Assembly: GCA_963783375.1 (NCBI GenBank)
Contig: CAWANH010000029.1
Span: forward strand, 960,001-1,024,000
Source of the DNA: Candidatus Eiseniibacteriota bacterium
Lineage (GTDB): Bacteria > Eisenbacteria > RBG-16-71-46 > JABDJR01
Length of the DNA: 64,000 bases
Reading direction: 5' to 3'
The stretch's first letter is position 1. Each line of letters begins with the position of its first letter. Positions 61,662-64,000 of this stretch are shown one piece after another. A model generated the notes under the pieces. That model was not told where the DNA came from. It was given only the letters and a program-made list of their open reading frames with translations, and ran no database searches. Made by a program: the position numbers and the translations under genes.

Positions 61662-64000
61662 ATGAAGCTTGGACGGCTCTCCCTCCTCATAGTTCTCCTC
61701 TCGGCCGGGATCCCCGCGCCACCCGGCGGGCTGCCGCCTCCACCCCGGTTCCGTACTGGGACCTCTCCCGCGACTGGAACCCGGGCCAGATCACCTTCTT
61801 CAACCCGGACAGCCTGGACGGCCAGAATGGCGTTCCGGTCAAGGCGGCGGATCTGAACGGGGACGGCCGGGACGAGGTGGCGGTGAGCGCCTTCAACGGC
61901 GACGGCCCCAGGCGGCGCCATCCGGGAGTCGGCGGGCGAGATCCACGTGTTCTTCTGGGACGGGTCCCGTTCGGCTTCGCGGTGGATTTCGCCCGCGCCG
62001 ACCCCCGGGTCCTGGAGATCTTGGACCCGGACCGGGGGTACCTCGGCAACGCCCTCGGGACGTGGACGTGGACGGGGACGGCAGCGGGGACCTGCTGGTC
62101 GGAGCCTTCGGCGCCGGCGCCGCCGACGGCCGCATCCACGCCGGGCGGGTCTACGTGCTCTTCGGGGACTCGACCCTGGCCGGGGGGCGGACGGTGGACC
62201 TGGCCGACAGCCTTCCCCCCGACATGACCACCATCCTCGGCGCCGCCACCGACGACCGGCTGGGGGTCTGGGTCTCCGGCGGCGACGTGAACGGCGACGG
62301 GTCCACCGACCTGGTCCTGGGCGCGGACCGGGACGACGGGATCGGCGGGACCAAGCCCCAGGTGGGGAAGGTGGTGGTGCTCTACGGACCCATCCCCCGC
62401 GGGGTGCAGATCGACCTCGCCGACCCCTCCTGGCCCCGCACCACCATCTGGGGAGTCGACACCGAGGACCACTTCGGCGCCACCACCGCCTGCGGAGACA
62501 TGGACGGCGACGGCCGGGCGGAGGTGATGGGGGCGGCCGCCTCCGACCACCTCTCGCGCAACACCTACGACACCGGGGGGTCCGGCGACGGCCCCCCTCA
62601 ACTACCGGCCCGACGCCGGCGAGACCTGGATCGTGTGGGGGGGCCCCGGACCTCCCCGACACCGTGGACCTGGCCGATCCTCCGGCCGGTGTGTCCCTGA
62701 CCGCGATCTACGGACGGGTGCGGGGGGCCCACTGCGGCGAGGAGCTGAACCTGGGGGACGTGAACGGCGACGGGCTCCCCGATCTCCTCGTCGGCTCCCT
62801 GACCACCGACGGTCCCCCCGGCGACTATCGCCGAACGGGGGCGAGGGATACGTCTTCTACGGCGGGTCCGCCCTCGGGACACCCTGCTGGACATGGCCTC
62901 CACCGCCTTCCCCCATCTGACCATCTACGGGAAGAACGGCTCCATCGCCACCGACTCCTTCAACGCCGGGGACGTGAACGGGGACGGGATCGACGACCTG
63001 CTGGTGGGGATGCCCCACGACCCGGGCCCCGCGGGACGAAGGCGGGCACCCTGGCCGTCATCTACGGCGGGCCTTCCCTGCCCGCGGTGATCGACCTGCC
63101 GATCCCCTCCCAGTCCGGCACCCTGATCGAGGGGGCGGATCCGGACGACGACACCGCCTACTGGGCCTACGCCGGGGACGTGGACGGGGACGGTACGAGG
63201 ACGCGATCACCAACGCCATGTCCGGGGACGGCCGGCGGAACAGCCGGCCCGTGGCCGGCGACGCCCGGCGTGGTCGGGGCGCCTGGCTCACCCGGCACCC
63301 CGCCCCCCCCTCCGGACCTGCGGGCCGCGGCGGAACCGGGCGGGGTGGCGGTCCGGCTGAGCGCCCTCCCCCACCCCGGAGACCACCGGCTACCGGGTCT
63401 CCGGGCGCGGACGGACCCTCACCCCAACCGGGGCCGTCCTGACGGGCCGGGCCCTGGTGCCCGCTCCCCCGCCGGGCGCACCACCGGTACCCGCGGTGCA
63501 GGCGGACGGGGGCCCGGGAGCCGCACCTCCGACCCGGCGCCGCGAGCCGGGACCACCCTCCGGGCGGTCCGCCGCGGGCGGAACCGAGTGGTCGACCTCA
63601 CCTGGGAGGCCCCCCCGACCTGATCGGCTACCGCCTGTACCGGGTCAGAGGTCGACGAGGCGGACCAGACCCCCCTGCCGACGGCCAAGATCTCGTCACC
63701 CCGGAGATCCTCACCGGGACCGCGCCCGGGACACCGCGGCGCCGGCCTTCCGCGACCTCAGTCCGGGTGACCCGGGAGGGGCCTGTTAAGTCCCCTCGAT
63801 GCGGCGGACTATTCACCCGGCCCGACTCGACCGGACCGGGACTGCTGGTGGTCAACGACTACAACTGGACGACCTACTCGGACGGCCCCTCCCCACTACC
63901 GGGGGACCCCTACGAGATCTACGCTTCCCGCGCGCTGACCGGGAGCGCGGATTTCGACTTCTGGGACATGCGGAAGGGCTGGACCTACCCCCCGGCTACG
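61662..64000 (+). CDS. Secreted FG-GAP (integrin-alpha-like) repeat protein, multiply frameshifted and truncated by the window end
   Basis: Signal peptide MKLGRLSLLIVLL, and repeated GDVNGDG/DVDGDG-x-DLLVG motifs spread over several reading frames. Confidence 0.7.

Overview
A 64-kb chromosomal window, roughly 70% GC by eye, from a diderm bacterium. The lineage is only an inference: C-terminal T[WF][GS]x[IL]Kxx[YF] tails and kinase/TolB-propeller receptors point to an Eisenbacteria/Krumholzibacteriota-like organism. Content is mostly housekeeping and envelope genes: tRNA-Leu(UAA), an RRM protein, two Ser/Thr kinase/beta-propeller receptors, a GH15-HAD-zwf-opcA-pgl operon, an alaX-PTPS-folE-SDR cluster, a sigma54-preceded prkA-DUF444-spoVR operon, an IDH-family gene, pruA, a surface-glycan locus (GT2s, asnB, heparinase II/III, Wzy, methyltransferase, flippase, GT-C), groES-groL, rpiA, rsgA, rlmD, nrdR-tatC-coaX and a frameshifted FG-GAP protein running off the end. 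No CRISPR, rRNA, integrase or transposase was seen. Best leads: (1) two unrelated exported proteins share one C-terminal motif, a candidate undescribed protein-sorting signal; (2) a leaderless, operator-controlled two-gene basic-protein/DUF6036-type nucleotidyltransferase module, a candidate TA or defence system; (3) a 14-aa leader peptide upstream of rsgA; (4) an AT-rich rare-codon island inside zwf; (5) a candidate tetrahydrobiopterin cluster; (6) an NrdR-box-like site within the nrdR promoter. Homopolymer frameshifts suggest long-read errors.
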